Shown: in pieces, positions 20,451-21,175 of the stretch
How the letters are laid out: the number at the start of each line of letters is the position of its first letter
Position numbering within the stretch: position 1 is the stretch's first letter
Origin: Takakia lepidozioides
Lineage: Eukaryota; Plantae; Bryophyta
Reading direction: 5' to 3'
NCBI GenBank assembly: GCA_030704615.1
Contig: JAKLZA010000332.1
Span: forward strand, 1-21,175
DNA length: 21,175 nucleotides
Notes under the pieces: model-generated
Database searches by the model: none
What the model was told of the DNA's origin: nothing
What the model saw: only the letters and a program-made list of their open reading frames with translations
Program-made: the position numbers and the translations under genes

Positions 20451-21175
20451 TGTCGCGCGGCTTTTACTCACCCATCCCTTCGCTATCCGAGGCGGAAACT
20501 CCAAGATAGAAGAGTTGGAAATCTCTAAGTACTCAGCCCGCGCAGAACAATCAGTCATGACCTACAGCTAGTGTATCATGGGGGTGTTTCCTATTTGTTT
20601 CCTTTTCCGCATTCATCTTAGCTACCTTACCATTGATAATTAAGTATCAGTTTGCTTCATCAATTTATCGGTTTCCTTAACTCCTCCATTCAATCCACAG
20701 CTTCACTCAGATCTCTCTACACAGTGTGATTGTATCGTATAAGTATCAGATTATGATTTATCAGGTATCAGGCCGAATCCATTATGTCTCTAATCTGCTC
20801 TACAATATCACTCTAGCTTTGCATATGACAAGCATCTACTAATCCTCTTTTCTCCTTCATCGTGCTCTCCGATCTCCGCTCCCGCCTGTCTCCGAAGTCC
20901 TCCCCGAATAATGATCCCCTTCCTATTCCCCGTTCTTCCCTTTATCCTCCTATCCGCGGTTCTAACCGTTTCCCTCTCTAACCGTCGTATGTGAACTAAC
21001 ATGTTCCCTTTCACTGGTGTTGTTCCCCACAGTCGTTCCCTGTCTACTCTTCGTTCCCTATTATCGTGACAGCTGTGTCAAGCGGTGACTGGCTGTGTTT
21101 GGCTGTGTCGGGCTGTGACTGGCTGTGTGGCTGTGCCGGGCTGTGACTGGCTGTGTGGGCTGTGGCTGCTGTGAC
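20451..21175. mobile_element. Nested insertion, probably the LTR of a second, different retrotransposon
   Basis: Integrase-like coding stops abruptly after …GTRLKMSTA. The new sequence begins TGTCGCGCGG, is non-coding and pyrimidine/AT-rich, and does not match the host LTR beyond the first bases. Confidence 0.65.
21069..21175 (+). repeat. Minisatellite of 8-10-bp GGCTGTG(ACT/T/CC) units, running off the window
   Basis: ggctgtgttt ggctgtgtcg ggctgtgact ggctgtgt ggctgtgccg ggctgtgact… read directly. Confidence 0.9.

Overview
Eukaryotic, transposon-dense window, most likely from a plant (inferred from GT-AG introns and a tRNA-iMet-primed Ty3/Gypsy element). Bases ~1-14.06 kb look like one large Mutator-like (MULE) DNA transposon whose left end lies outside the window. 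It carries (i) a spliced + strand transposase gene (GCM/WRKY-like Zn domain, MULE D-D-CxxH-E core, C-terminal SWIM finger; 9601-13207), (ii) a divergently oriented, spliced but frameshifted - strand gene fusing a ParB/Srx-like motif (WDGNHR) to a beta-class amino-(N6A/N4C)-DNA-methyltransferase fold (7087-2575), and (iii) about 45 copies of a 22-bp palindrome, GGAAATGCGG-YR-CCGCATTTCC, none in the exons I reconstructed. About 30 copies form a 53-bp-period array between the two genes, about 11 form a looser cluster at 1.2-1.9 kb, and single copies sit in three introns of the ParB-MTase gene and after the transposase. A short AT-rich repeat-like segment and unassigned sequence follow. Next is a decayed Ty3/Gypsy LTR retrotransposon (5' LTR 15923-16652, PBS, gag-PR-RT-RH-IN), whose integrase is cut at 20450 by a second, nested LTR-like insertion running off the window. 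The best candidate for an undescribed system is the transposon-borne module 'ParB-like/MTase cargo + GCM-like transposase + phased palindromic site array'. All gene models were assembled by eye and no database search was possible.
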